This document shows, one piece after another, positions 1-9,284 of a stretch of DNA of 64,000 nt (positions are counted from its first letter, which is position 1; each line of letters starts with the position of its first letter). The notes beneath the pieces were generated by a model that saw only the letters and a list, made by a program, of their open reading frames with translations, was not told where the DNA came from and did not search any database. The stretch comes from Candidatus Moanibacter sp. (lineage in GTDB: Bacteria > Verrucomicrobiota > Verrucomicrobiia > Opitutales > UBA2987). The position numbers and the translations under genes were made by a program. Location: assembly GCA_965215885.1 (NCBI GenBank), contig CBDCEW010000099.1:32001-96000 (forward strand), in the 5' to 3' direction.

Positions 1-200
1 ATTGGAAGGTAAAGTGGGATTATACTTTTCCGTCCACCGATGAATTGACCAAAAAGTATTACACCGACCCGAATGGGGCAATTATCGTCAGCTATTTTGC
101 GAAGAGATCCCGAGGTCATCTTTTCGTTCTTTTCGCCTATTCGGCGTCGGAACCGTCTAGCAAAGCAACGGAATTGGTAAGAAGGAAGGAGGCAGGCTTA

Positions 201-1532
201 TCAAAAATCATAGCTTATTACTCTCCCTTCAGAAGTGGTTACGCTTATGCGTGTTGTATTCGTGGTTACGACAATTTCTTCGTATATTTCATCCTGAACT
301 CTTTGTACTGCGGAGATATAATCCCGGTTTCCCACAATCTGGTTCAAGCGTACGGACTGAATACCGGTGTCTAAAATATACCGCTGTGCCGCTGACACGA
401 TCATTCGCAGATTGTTCAATACATTTCGATCCTTTGCTTTCGTTTTGTTTTCGGCTGTCATTCTGTTGGTAAGAAAACGATCGTATAGTTCTGAATCGGA
501 GATCTTATTGCTTAACGCGTTCCCTAGATCCTGGTCGGTTTCATAGATTTTCATTGCGATGGTGTACGCAGCCATATCCGTATCCGGGGAAGCAGATTGC
601 CTGTTGATCCAATCGATTGCCTCGTTCAAATCCCCAGAATTGATCCAAGCTTGAACAGCTATTTCAAGAGAATTGGATCTGATGCTTTCGTCGTCGATCG
701 AAACCGCCCAATCCGCTACTTCAAGCGGGCTGTTTTCGACCCAATCAGCTACATAAGTGTAGAGGGACGTTAATCTTATTGGACCTTCTGGTAACTCATT
801 GATCCACTCGCCAACCGCATTGGGCTCGTATTGCACCCATTCTGAAACGATATCGCTGATAAATCGATATTGAGTGTATTGGTCATCTAGCGAAAGAATT
901 CGGGCGGCTACTTCCTTGTAGTGGTCATTCTTAATTGAAGCGTTCACATAAATGCCGAGCCCGCGTCTTTGATTCTGAAAGACAATCCAAGTCCAGCAAG
1001 ACTCGGGGTCCTGTTGGGCCCAACCGGATAGGGCAGCGGAGTACGCCCTCTTCGAAATTTTGTCACCGTCCCTCACTATCAGATTCATCGCCCGCTCACC
1101 ACCAGCCACTCCCAATTGCCGCCACAGCGCGGATTCGACCTCGTCTCGACGATGGGAAGGTGGCCAACTATCAAGGCGTTTCAGTTGGGCAAGGGCGGCG
1201 TCGAAGTCCAAGGTCGATACAGTTCGGTCGGACAGAAAATCGCTCTCGGCGGAATGTTCCTTATCCAAAACCGCTTCCAAGTTCGCAGATTCGAGCAACG
1301 TTGCAGAGTCGTTTAAGTCTTTTCTATCGGGAGGAACTGTTTTTTTCTGGATCGACGGTACGAGGACTCTGACTTTAGGATTAATCTGCGAGGCAGAAGC
1401 TAAGTCTGCAGCTTTGTTCTCAATTCCTGTGCGCTCGGCGTTCTTCCGTCCGAACCAGAAGGCAATACACACGAATCCCAGTGTTCCAGTCAGGAATGCT
1501 AATGAAATGATTAGGTGTCTCACTGTTCGCAA
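201..1532 (-). CDS. Membrane-anchored helical-repeat protein with a C-terminal pilin-like globular domain
   Basis: 443-aa ORF. N-terminal hydrophobic segment, W...P..A..W helical repeats, and a C-terminus (VLNNLRMIVSAAQRYILDTG...) resembling Opitutae pilin bodies. Confidence 0.6.
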   Translation of the reverse strand: MRTVRHLIISLAFLTGTLGFVCIAFWFGRKNAERTGIENKAADLASASQINPKVRVLVPSIQKKTVPPDRKDLNDSATLLESANLEAVLDKEHSAESDFLSDRTVSTLDFDAALAQLKRLDSWPPSHRRDEVESALWRQLGVAGGERAMNLIVRDGDKISKRAYSAALSGWAQQDPESCWTWIVFQNQRRGLGIYVNASIKNDHYKEVAARILSLDDQYTQYRFISDIVSEWVQYEPNAVGEWINELPEGPIRLTSLYTYVADWVENSPLEVADWAVSIDDESIRSNSLEIAVQAWINSGDLNEAIDWINRQSASPDTDMAAYTIAMKIYETDQDLGNALSNKISDSELYDRFLTNRMTAENKTKAKDRNVLNNLRMIVSAAQRYILDTGIQSVRLNQIVGNRDYISAVQRVQDEIYEEIVVTTNTTRISVTTSEGRVISYDF

Positions 1533-1619
1533 TCAGAGGGTTGTATTAGTGTGAGGTCAAGAGACACGGAATTGGATCGAAAATGGGCTAGGATAATTTT
1601 CCGATTCCGCTGAAGAACC

Positions 1620-1692
1620 CCACGTTCTTGCGAACGCGGCTACTTTGCTCCGTAAGTCTTTGATATATGCAGAGGCGTTCGCGAGGACGTGG
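1620..1692. repeat. GTAG-type REP-like inverted doublet
   Basis: CCACGTTCTTGCGAACGCGGCTAC (1620-1643) is identical to 43192-43215; a degenerate inverted copy lies 25 bp away. Confidence 0.7.
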
Positions 1693-1858
1693 TCGCGGAT
1701 ACCAAAAATACGACTTTTTTAGTAGAATCTCCTTTTGCAGTTTACAAGCGGGTGAAATGTTGGCTGTGACCACGGCAGACGGCCTAGAATTCGGCGGATC
1801 AGTTAGACGGATTGGTCGATTGCCGTTCGAATTGGACTTTGAGACAGAGATTTTCGAG

Positions 1859-2383
1859 CTATCCGGCGTTCTCTCTCCTGTATTCGTCGACGAACCACTG
1901 GAGGAGTTTCTCCGCCGCGACATAGATATGGGCAGTCCCGTTAGTCACCCCAAGAATTGTGCGCTCCCATGTCGGTGCATAGATTGAAATAAGGTGTTCA
2001 GTAGACCTTTCCAGGGCGATTTTTTCCTGCAATTCCAATCGGGCCGAGTAGAGATATCCCGAAGTTCCAGAGAGTTTTCCTATCAGTACCTTGAATTCGA
2101 GAATGGGAGAGCCGGGTGCGGCAGAGAGCTCTTCCTCCGAATAAATCGGAACTTCAGCTTTCTGAAGCGCTTGGCGCATGATATCAATGAGAGGGCCTTT
2201 TCTCAGCCCGAACTCCGTGGCGGCAGATGGTAAGTCGGCTACATCGACGCCGACACCCGGGAGGTCCTGCAAAGAGCTTAGAGACACCGCACAGAGTTGA
2301 TCCGTCAATCCAATTCCCTGTATCACTACGACCAACAGGAGATACCGCAATTTCCAAGCCAAAGATACAGTTTTCAAATGCAT
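1859..2383 (-). CDS. Hypothetical exported protein
   Basis: 174-aa ORF with an N-terminal hydrophobic stretch; its start overlaps the stop of the upstream HAD gene. Confidence 0.65.
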   Translation of the reverse strand: MHLKTVSLAWKLRYLLLVVVIQGIGLTDQLCAVSLSSLQDLPGVGVDVADLPSAATEFGLRKGPLIDIMRQALQKAEVPIYSEEELSAAPGSPILEFKVLIGKLSGTSGYLYSARLELQEKIALERSTEHLISIYAPTWERTILGVTNGTAHIYVAAEKLLQWFVDEYRRENAG

Positions 2384-3075
2384 TAATTTCCAGGCAAGAG
2401 TGCCGGAAGATCGGATAGGGTTCGTATTGTAGAGGGATCAGCAGAAGCCCGCTTTGGGTCCAGGATGAGGTAATTCCAATTCGCCGATGCAGCGCCCGCT
2501 GCGTCATGGATTCGGCTGTCTCCGACGTGGAGGATCTCTTCAGGCTCGACTGAGAGTCTTTCTTCGACATGTCGGAATATACGGAGATCCGGTTTCTCAA
2601 AGCCCACTTCACTCGATAGGAACAGCTCCTCAAAAAAAGCGTCGATTTCCAAATCCGCGAAGACCTTGCGAAAACGGCTGTCGGAATTGCTCAGGAGGGC
2701 GAGACGATAGCGACGCCTCTGGAGAGTGCCGAGTGTCCTTCCTGCGTCCGGAAGTGTTCGCCATCGCGAAGCTGACGCAAAGGTATCGTATATCTCTTCA
2801 AAGACAGCGGGAAATCTCTCCTTCGGGCAGAAATTGCCAATCGTATCCCAAACAATTCCGCTCCAGAACTCCTTCTCCGTTTCTTCGTTAATGTTTTCAC
2901 GGACTCTTGATTGTGCACCTCTTAGTGCCTCGTGAAATAGTCGATCGATTTCCGCCGGATCCACATTGACGCCATGACCGCGCAACACTTCGGCGTAGCC
3001 TTCGCCGACCGAAGGATGTGGGATTATGAGCGTTCCGGCGGCGTCAAATGTCACAACTTTGATATTTTGAAACAT
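2383..3075 (-). CDS. HAD-IA family hydrolase
   Basis: Motifs FDAAGTL, LSN, EKPD and HVGDS...D. Confidence 0.9.
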   Translation of the reverse strand: MFQNIKVVTFDAAGTLIIPHPSVGEGYAEVLRGHGVNVDPAEIDRLFHEALRGAQSRVRENINEETEKEFWSGIVWDTIGNFCPKERFPAVFEEIYDTFASASRWRTLPDAGRTLGTLQRRRYRLALLSNSDSRFRKVFADLEIDAFFEELFLSSEVGFEKPDLRIFRHVEERLSVEPEEILHVGDSRIHDAAGAASANWNYLILDPKRASADPSTIRTLSDLPALLPGN

Positions 3076-3158
3076 TGTTGATAGTTATTCGTCGAAATAC
3101 GAACAATCCGCCGTCAAGCTAACACCATAAGAGATGCACCTCGGGGATGTTAGGAATT

Positions 3159-4175
3159 CTATGTCCGGCAGATTCCTGACTCCAATTCCTCTAAACATTC
3201 GAATACTTTTTTGGGCTGAATCAGCGCCATGCAAGGCGACTCTTCGAGACAGGAATCGACGGCCAAAGGGCAGAGACAGCGAGGGGCGGAAAGATTTCTG
3301 TGTTTCGGCCCAAGGGGCGCCCAGCGACTTCTCTCAGAAGGCCCGAAGAGGCTCAAAGTAGGCACTCCCAATCCGGCAGCGAAGTGCAGTGGGCCGGTGT
3401 CGGCGGAGATAAATAGATCGGCTTCCTTTATGACTGCGAGAAAGAGGTCGAGCGAATCGATCCTGGGAAGTATCTTCGAAGAGGGCTCTAATCGCGCGAT
3501 TTCTCGGGCGAGCTCCCTCTCTCGTTCGGTGGGACCACTGGAGAAGCTTATTCCCCTACCAGACTCTTTCACCAGCTGGTGGAATTCAACCCAGTGGCGG
3601 AGCGGCCAGTCTTTCTTGGGCTGTCTCGTAGAAACATGGCAGACGATTCGGTTTTCCCCAAGCATCTGTCGCGCTTTGGAGGCGAGAGAGCGATCGGAGA
3701 CAATATCTATCTCCGGCTGAAGGGGCGACCTCGCGCCAAGTTGGGCGGCGATGTGCAGGTTTCGGCGAATTTCGTTTTCGGTCAGAGGCAACTCCTGGAT
3801 TCTCCTTCGGTAACAGAACCTCCTGCACAGGAAGCCGCGCGGGGCGACCGGACCGAGCCTATTATTTGCTCCCGAGAGCAGGGTGAGAATTGCGCCGCGA
3901 TCGTTACCCACAAAATCGATTGCGGTATCGAATCGCTCCCGGCGTATTGCTCTAATGATAGGACACGAGGCCTTGACGGCGATTTTTCCACGAACCCGGG
4001 GGAATTGCCATATTCTGTCGATCCAAGGCAAAAATTTGAGGATGGGTACCGCATCTTCTGCCACCGCGACATGTAAAGCGACTCCCGGAAAAGTATCCTT
4101 GATAGACCGAAACGCGGGAATAGTAACGGCGACATCGCCCAGGAATTTAAACTTGATGGCAAGGATTTTCCTCAT
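3159..4175 (-). CDS. Glycosyltransferase family 9 (LPS heptosyltransferase-like)
   Basis: LGDV and DTGPLHFAAGLGVPTLSLFGP motifs. The last codons (GICRT*) come from a repeat end at 3149-3179. Confidence 0.9.
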   Translation of the reverse strand: MRKILAIKFKFLGDVAVTIPAFRSIKDTFPGVALHVAVAEDAVPILKFLPWIDRIWQFPRVRGKIAVKASCPIIRAIRRERFDTAIDFVGNDRGAILTLLSGANNRLGPVAPRGFLCRRFCYRRRIQELPLTENEIRRNLHIAAQLGARSPLQPEIDIVSDRSLASKARQMLGENRIVCHVSTRQPKKDWPLRHWVEFHQLVKESGRGISFSSGPTERERELAREIARLEPSSKILPRIDSLDLFLAVIKEADLFISADTGPLHFAAGLGVPTLSLFGPSERSRWAPLGPKHRNLSAPRCLCPLAVDSCLEESPCMALIQPKKVFECLEELESGICRT

Positions 4176-4193
4176 CGCCCGAAGGGTAGTCCT

Positions 4194-5924
4194 TCAGAAT
4201 CCCTTCTGTTTGTCATAGACGTTGCGGTAGAGGGGGCAGCGGTCGTATAGATCCCGATGGGTGCCCTTGTCGATCATACGGCCGGCGTCAAAGACGAGAA
4301 TCTCGTCGACAAGCTGAATGGTGCTGAAGCGGTGAGCGATGATGAATACAGTTTTGCCCAGGAGGAGCTTCTGGAGGGCTCGTTGGACAAAGCTCTCGCT
4401 TTCCGAATCGAGGGCGGAGGTGGCTTCGTCGAGTATCAGTATCGGTGCATCCTTGAGAAATGCCCGCGCAAGGGCGATGCGTTGAATCTGACCACCGGAA
4501 AGCCGAGTTCCGCGATCACCGACCACGGTGTGATAGCCGTCTTCCATATTTTCGATGAAACCGTCAGCGTAGGCATTGTGGGAAGCGTCGAAAATCTCCT
4601 GTTCGGTGGCTTCGGGACGGCTCAACAGGATGTTGTTATAGATGGTGTCGTCAAAGAGAACAGGATCCTGCGCGACAAGAGCGATTTGTCGGCGTAGTCC
4701 TGATAGTTGGATACCCCGAAGGTCGTGGCCGTCGAGCTTAATGGCGCCTGAGTTGATTTCGTATAACCGTAGCAGGAGGTTAATAAATGTAGATTTTCCT
4801 GCGCCACTTGGTCCAACCAGGGCATACGCTTTGCCCGCTTCCAGGGCACAGTTTAAATCTTTCAAAACAGGTGCGTTCCCGTAGCGGAAATTGACGTCGA
4901 CGAGGCCGAATTCTCCTTTGCAGGAATTCAGGGGAATGGCGTCCGGTCGGTCCTGAATCACCACCGGTTCTTGAATGATCTCCTCCATCCGCTCCAGGGA
5001 AGCGAGGCCCCGTTTCAATTCACCACTCACCACGCCCAGTTTCTTAACCGGATCGTAGGCGAAATAGAGCGCAATAACAACCGGTATGACATCATTCAAC
5101 GTCACACCGACACGTCGTGCGTAAAAGATGGCCAGGGCGATCCCCACTGATGTGATAAATTCGATACTGGGAGTTATCGCTTTGAGATGCTTGACCACGA
5201 CAATTTGCAGATCGAGGTATTTTCGGACGAGGGTTGCGAATGCCGTCTGCTGTTGACTCCCAAGATCGAAAGCGCGCACATCTTTGGCGGCGGACAGGTT
5301 TTCCCGCACGAATTCTGTCACGGCGCCGAGTTCCCGCTGCATATCTCTGGCCCGCAAATGAAGCTTTCTGGCGATGAAGCGGATGGGAAAGACGCAAACC
5401 GGCACCATGAGAAGAAAGAGGAGAACTATCCCGATTCCCTTGGTGACAAAGGCCATCCATATAAGGAAGGAAATAGATGCGAGGAGGGTAATCGGTTGAA
5501 TGATGAGATCGTTGGAAACGCGGATAATCGTCTCCTGAAGAATCTGCGTATCATTCATGGTGCGGCTGAGAAGATCCCCGGCGCTATGCCTCTCGAAGAA
5601 ACTGAGGTGCAGTTCCTGCAGCTTGCGAAACATTTGCAGGCGCATTTTTTCAAGAATCCGGACGCCGCAATAAGCGATGAGATAGGCATTGGCAAATCCG
5701 GCAAGAGAACGAATAGCGAAGGCGAGGGGAAGTTGACCGACGATGAGGAAGAGTACCCAGTTTGTGACTTCCAATTCTCCGTAGAGTTTGGGTAGAATCT
5801 CTCTCAGAACATAGGCGAGACCGAAGCCACTCATACCGGCGTATACGAGGCCACAGGCGAGCGCGCCAAAAAAGTGAATTTTCAGCGTATTGAGGAGCGC
5901 AAAATATGGCAGGAGCTTCTTCAC
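4194..5924 (-). CDS. msbA: MsbA-like lipid A ABC exporter (TMD + NBD)
   Basis: N-terminal TM domain, GPSGAGKS, LSGGQ, ILILDEATSALD; LPS gene context. Confidence 0.8.
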   Translation of the reverse strand: MKKLLPYFALLNTLKIHFFGALACGLVYAGMSGFGLAYVLREILPKLYGELEVTNWVLFLIVGQLPLAFAIRSLAGFANAYLIAYCGVRILEKMRLQMFRKLQELHLSFFERHSAGDLLSRTMNDTQILQETIIRVSNDLIIQPITLLASISFLIWMAFVTKGIGIVLLFLLMVPVCVFPIRFIARKLHLRARDMQRELGAVTEFVRENLSAAKDVRAFDLGSQQQTAFATLVRKYLDLQIVVVKHLKAITPSIEFITSVGIALAIFYARRVGVTLNDVIPVVIALYFAYDPVKKLGVVSGELKRGLASLERMEEIIQEPVVIQDRPDAIPLNSCKGEFGLVDVNFRYGNAPVLKDLNCALEAGKAYALVGPSGAGKSTFINLLLRLYEINSGAIKLDGHDLRGIQLSGLRRQIALVAQDPVLFDDTIYNNILLSRPEATEQEIFDASHNAYADGFIENMEDGYHTVVGDRGTRLSGGQIQRIALARAFLKDAPILILDEATSALDSESESFVQRALQKLLLGKTVFIIAHRFSTIQLVDEILVFDAGRMIDKGTHRDLYDRCPLYRNVYDKQKGF

Positions 5925-7888
5925 AAGAGATCTTCTACGGCTCGCAGCACAGCGTCGGGGGAGACCTGGTTAATCGGCATTCCACCGGTTGATGGGCATC
6001 CGGGAGGCTGAATTATTCTCGAAGGGGCATCAAATATCGGACCTGTTCTTATCGGATTGGTGGGCCCGAAAATCCCAACGATCGGCACGCCTAACGAGTT
6101 TGCGAGATGCATTCCACCTGTGTCATTACTGACCACGATGCTACACCGAGAGAGGCGCCGAGCGAATTCAAGCAAGTCAGTTTTTCCGGCGAAATTGGAC
6201 ATGCGCTGGCATGGAAAACCCTGTGCGACCACTTCAGTCACCACCTGATCAGAAGGAGAGCCAAATAGGTTAATATGCATATCGGTGTAGCGCGTAGTGA
6301 GCGACTCGACAAGCTTCCGCCAATGCCCGACCGGCCATCTCTTGGCGGGTTGGTTTTCAGACCCACAGATGAGCCCAATATTAGGAGCTTCTCTTTGCTG
6401 GTTAAATTCGGGACCAGAATCGCACTCGAATCTGACAGGAGATTTTCGGATCTCCTCATTGAGCCCAAAATGCCGCAAATAACTCTCCCAGACCTGAGTT
6501 TGATGGACCTCATCCTCATCTAATTCGGCCGGTATTTTCCACACATTTGAAAGAAGAGGCCGCATCTTTCCACTTCGTTGAATTCCGAACCGCTGCGGGC
6601 AGCCTGTCAACCAGGCTTCGAGGTCACCCGAAATTGAGTTCGTGAAGAGTAAAATGGTGTCGGGATACGCTTTTCTAAACCTTAAGAATGATAAAAAGTA
6701 GGAGAGCGGGTTTCTACTCCGCGGGAGTGCGATAAAGTCTTCCCCCAGACCGGTTGCCTGGAGGAAGGGAATATAGCGCGGCTGGGCCAGCAGAGTAAGC
6801 GCTGCGTCTGGTCTCCCTTTTCTAATCGCGCGAAGAAGAGGAATCATCATGGCGAGATCACCCAGCCAATTGGGTGTGCGAATCCAGAAACGAGTGTCTC
6901 TAGGCAACTCTTCCCACCCCCTTTCGGTGCGATCTTCTTCAAGAAGATTTCTCCTGTTTTGGAGTCGAAGACGGCGAGCTGGTGCGACCTGGTTATTCCA
7001 GCGCCTGTGAATCCAGAACCAGTTGGCAATCTGGTCCTCGTGGCTACGGAGGTAGTTTTCGAGCCAACGGTTAGCAGCCAGAGTAAGATTGACCTCTTCG
7101 TCCGCACGAGCCAGAATCTCGAGGTGGAGTTCCGCTCTCCAGAATGAAATTCTCCTCGGAAAGGTAATCGCGGCAGGGACTTTGAGATTGTGGAAGAGAA
7201 TTTGCGGGAGATCCGTTGCTGAAGCGACGCGTCCGAAAGAGGTGATCAGGCTACCAACGTCACCCGCATTCTGATCAAACGGTATGCTGACCCAGCCTCC
7301 CTTGCGTATCATGGTAACAGCGCTGCTGTATCCTTTCTTGCGAGAGAGCAGTTTAGCGCCGAAGCGTTCGCGAGTTCGCTTGATCCACGCATCGAGGTGT
7401 CTGTTGTCGAGGGGTCGATAGATGTCGCCGAGAGGGGGAAAATGCGCGTGTAGGAGCGGAATATAGGTCAACACTTCCATAAGAATGAAATGAGGAACTA
7501 AGGCGATTCCTCCCCGATTCTTCGCTTCGAGTTCTTCTATAGCCTCGCGCGCGGCTTCTGAAAGCGTAAGTATTTTTTCCGCCCTCGACCTGGAAAAAAA
7601 CGGAGAAGCGAGAATAAACAGGCCCATTTCGGCAGTCCGGTTGCAGGTCAACCGCGCAATCTTTTGGCGCCAGACCTCAGGCCTATCGGGAAAAGCGTGA
7701 TGGAGATTTGAGAAGATGACATGACGCCGGCTCCTGAGAAAGATATATATCAGGCAACCTCCGAAGTAAGAGATGACTTTGACAGCAGATTCGGGAAGCG
7801 TTGCTGTAATTCGACCAACGGTCTTTAATAGTAGTACGAAGAACACGGAATAGAGAGAAAGTTTGCGGCGGTGAGTAATAGGGTTCAA
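5921..7888 (-). CDS. Fusion of lipid A acyltransferase (LpxL/HtrB-like) and GT9 heptosyltransferase
   Basis: N-half has HxxxxE (HFILME), YRPLDN, DQNAG, WFWIHRRW. C-half has PNWLGD and NDTGGMHLA...FGPT. Confidence 0.85.
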   Translation of the reverse strand: MNPITHRRKLSLYSVFFVLLLKTVGRITATLPESAVKVISYFGGCLIYIFLRSRRHVIFSNLHHAFPDRPEVWRQKIARLTCNRTAEMGLFILASPFFSRSRAEKILTLSEAAREAIEELEAKNRGGIALVPHFILMEVLTYIPLLHAHFPPLGDIYRPLDNRHLDAWIKRTRERFGAKLLSRKKGYSSAVTMIRKGGWVSIPFDQNAGDVGSLITSFGRVASATDLPQILFHNLKVPAAITFPRRISFWRAELHLEILARADEEVNLTLAANRWLENYLRSHEDQIANWFWIHRRWNNQVAPARRLRLQNRRNLLEEDRTERGWEELPRDTRFWIRTPNWLGDLAMMIPLLRAIRKGRPDAALTLLAQPRYIPFLQATGLGEDFIALPRSRNPLSYFLSFLRFRKAYPDTILLFTNSISGDLEAWLTGCPQRFGIQRSGKMRPLLSNVWKIPAELDEDEVHQTQVWESYLRHFGLNEEIRKSPVRFECDSGPEFNQQREAPNIGLICGSENQPAKRWPVGHWRKLVESLTTRYTDMHINLFGSPSDQVVTEVVAQGFPCQRMSNFAGKTDLLEFARRLSRCSIVVSNDTGGMHLANSLGVPIVGIFGPTNPIRTGPIFDAPSRIIQPPGCPSTGGMPINQVSPDAVLRAVEDLL

Positions 7889-8008
7889 GTTGGAATTCAG
7901 CCTGCGGAGTTCCCTCTAATCCGGAAGACTCATTAGAATTCCGGGCTAAATTACGTAAGAGCACAGAAGATTCTCCGAAATTTGTGAGAAAAGCGGGCTA
8001 AGAGCAAT

Positions 8009-8950
8009 ATGCAGGAGATTCTTATCATCAAGCCGTCCTCCCTCGGGGATATCGTGCACGGACTTCAGGTAGCCCAGTCGATAAAGACGCAGATGGTGAA
8101 ATGTAGAATCACCTGGGTAGTGAAGGAGATATTTTCTCCACTGATACTGTTGTGTGAGGCGGTCGATGACTGCATAATATATCACCGCCATGGCGGATTG
8201 AGGGGGTTTGTCGGATTGCTGAAGGAAATACGGAAGAGACCGTGGGATGTCTTGATTGATATGCAGGGTCTCGCCCGAACCGGAGTGATGACAGGCGCGG
8301 CTCGGGCCGTGCGCAAGATTGGACGATCGGATTCCCGCGAAGGAGCGGCAATCTTTTATCGCGAAAAGGCACCTTTGCCACAGAATGGTCGCAAGCACGC
8401 ATTAGAGATATTGTTGGAGTTCTTGCCTCTTCTCGATCTGAATAGAGAGCTGTGTGGTCCGTTGGAATTTGGGGAGAAACCTGTGGAAAGTCTTGATAGT
8501 GAGATTCTCAATCAGCGGGCCGTTGTTATGTTTCCGGAAAGCCGCCGCATGGAGAAAACCTGGGATGGTTTTTCGACTCTCACAGAACAACTGCTGAGGG
8601 AATCCGAAAAGGAGCTGATTGTCTGGGCAGGAAGCGACCAGATGCCGGACCCATCGGAATGCTTACCGAGCCGTTTTTTCAACCTGACGGGAAAAACAAA
8701 TCTTGTAGAGTTAGTCGCTTTGATCAAAGAAGCGAAAGTCGTCGTCTCAAACGATAGTGGTCCCATGCATCTCGCGGCTGCATTGGAGATTCCCGTGGTG
8801 GCCTTGTTTGGCCCGACTTCACCGGAGCGATTTGGACCCTACCCGCTCGATTCTCCCCGAAATCGTGTAATTCGCGCTCCGGAGGGCAAGCTCAGAGAGC
8901 TTGGAGTCGATGAAGTGTTTCATGCCGTTTCAAGCATTGTATTACCGTAA
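8009..8950 (+). CDS. Glycosyltransferase family 9 (WaaC-like)
   Basis: IKPSSLGDIVH, DMQGL, NDSGPMHLAAAL...FGPT. Confidence 0.9.
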   Translation: MQEILIIKPSSLGDIVHGLQVAQSIKTQMVKCRITWVVKEIFSPLILLCEAVDDCIIYHRHGGLRGFVGLLKEIRKRPWDVLIDMQGLARTGVMTGAARAVRKIGRSDSREGAAIFYREKAPLPQNGRKHALEILLEFLPLLDLNRELCGPLEFGEKPVESLDSEILNQRAVVMFPESRRMEKTWDGFSTLTEQLLRESEKELIVWAGSDQMPDPSECLPSRFFNLTGKTNLVELVALIKEAKVVVSNDSGPMHLAAALEIPVVALFGPTSPERFGPYPLDSPRNRVIRAPEGKLRELGVDEVFHAVSSIVLP

Positions 8951-9284
8951 ACTTGCCAACCAGGTTTTAAATCTCGAGCCGCTTACGGTAGTTCGTTGGT
9001 CGCTTAGTTCAGAAAACCGACTGCGAAGTCGGAGGCGGCGTTTAGCGCGACCATCGACTACGGTTACGACGACATTCGAGTGAGCGTCCACCCAATCCTA
9101 ATCGTAGTCGAACATCGAAAGTACGACTTTTTCAGCAGAATTAAATGTAAAAGTACGAAGACTCTGAATATGGGCATTTTCGAAAACGAAGCAGAATAAT
9201 AGGAATATAGTCCTAATAGTTCTTATATAATTAGTATTGTATTACTATAAATCTTAATATTCATAGGAATATAATACTGACAAT

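Noticed and set aside
45..374. Plus-strand ORF at the window start
   Set aside because: It overlaps the 3' end of the minus-strand gene and has no recognisable motif. It may be the tail of a gene entering the window, but I cannot support it.
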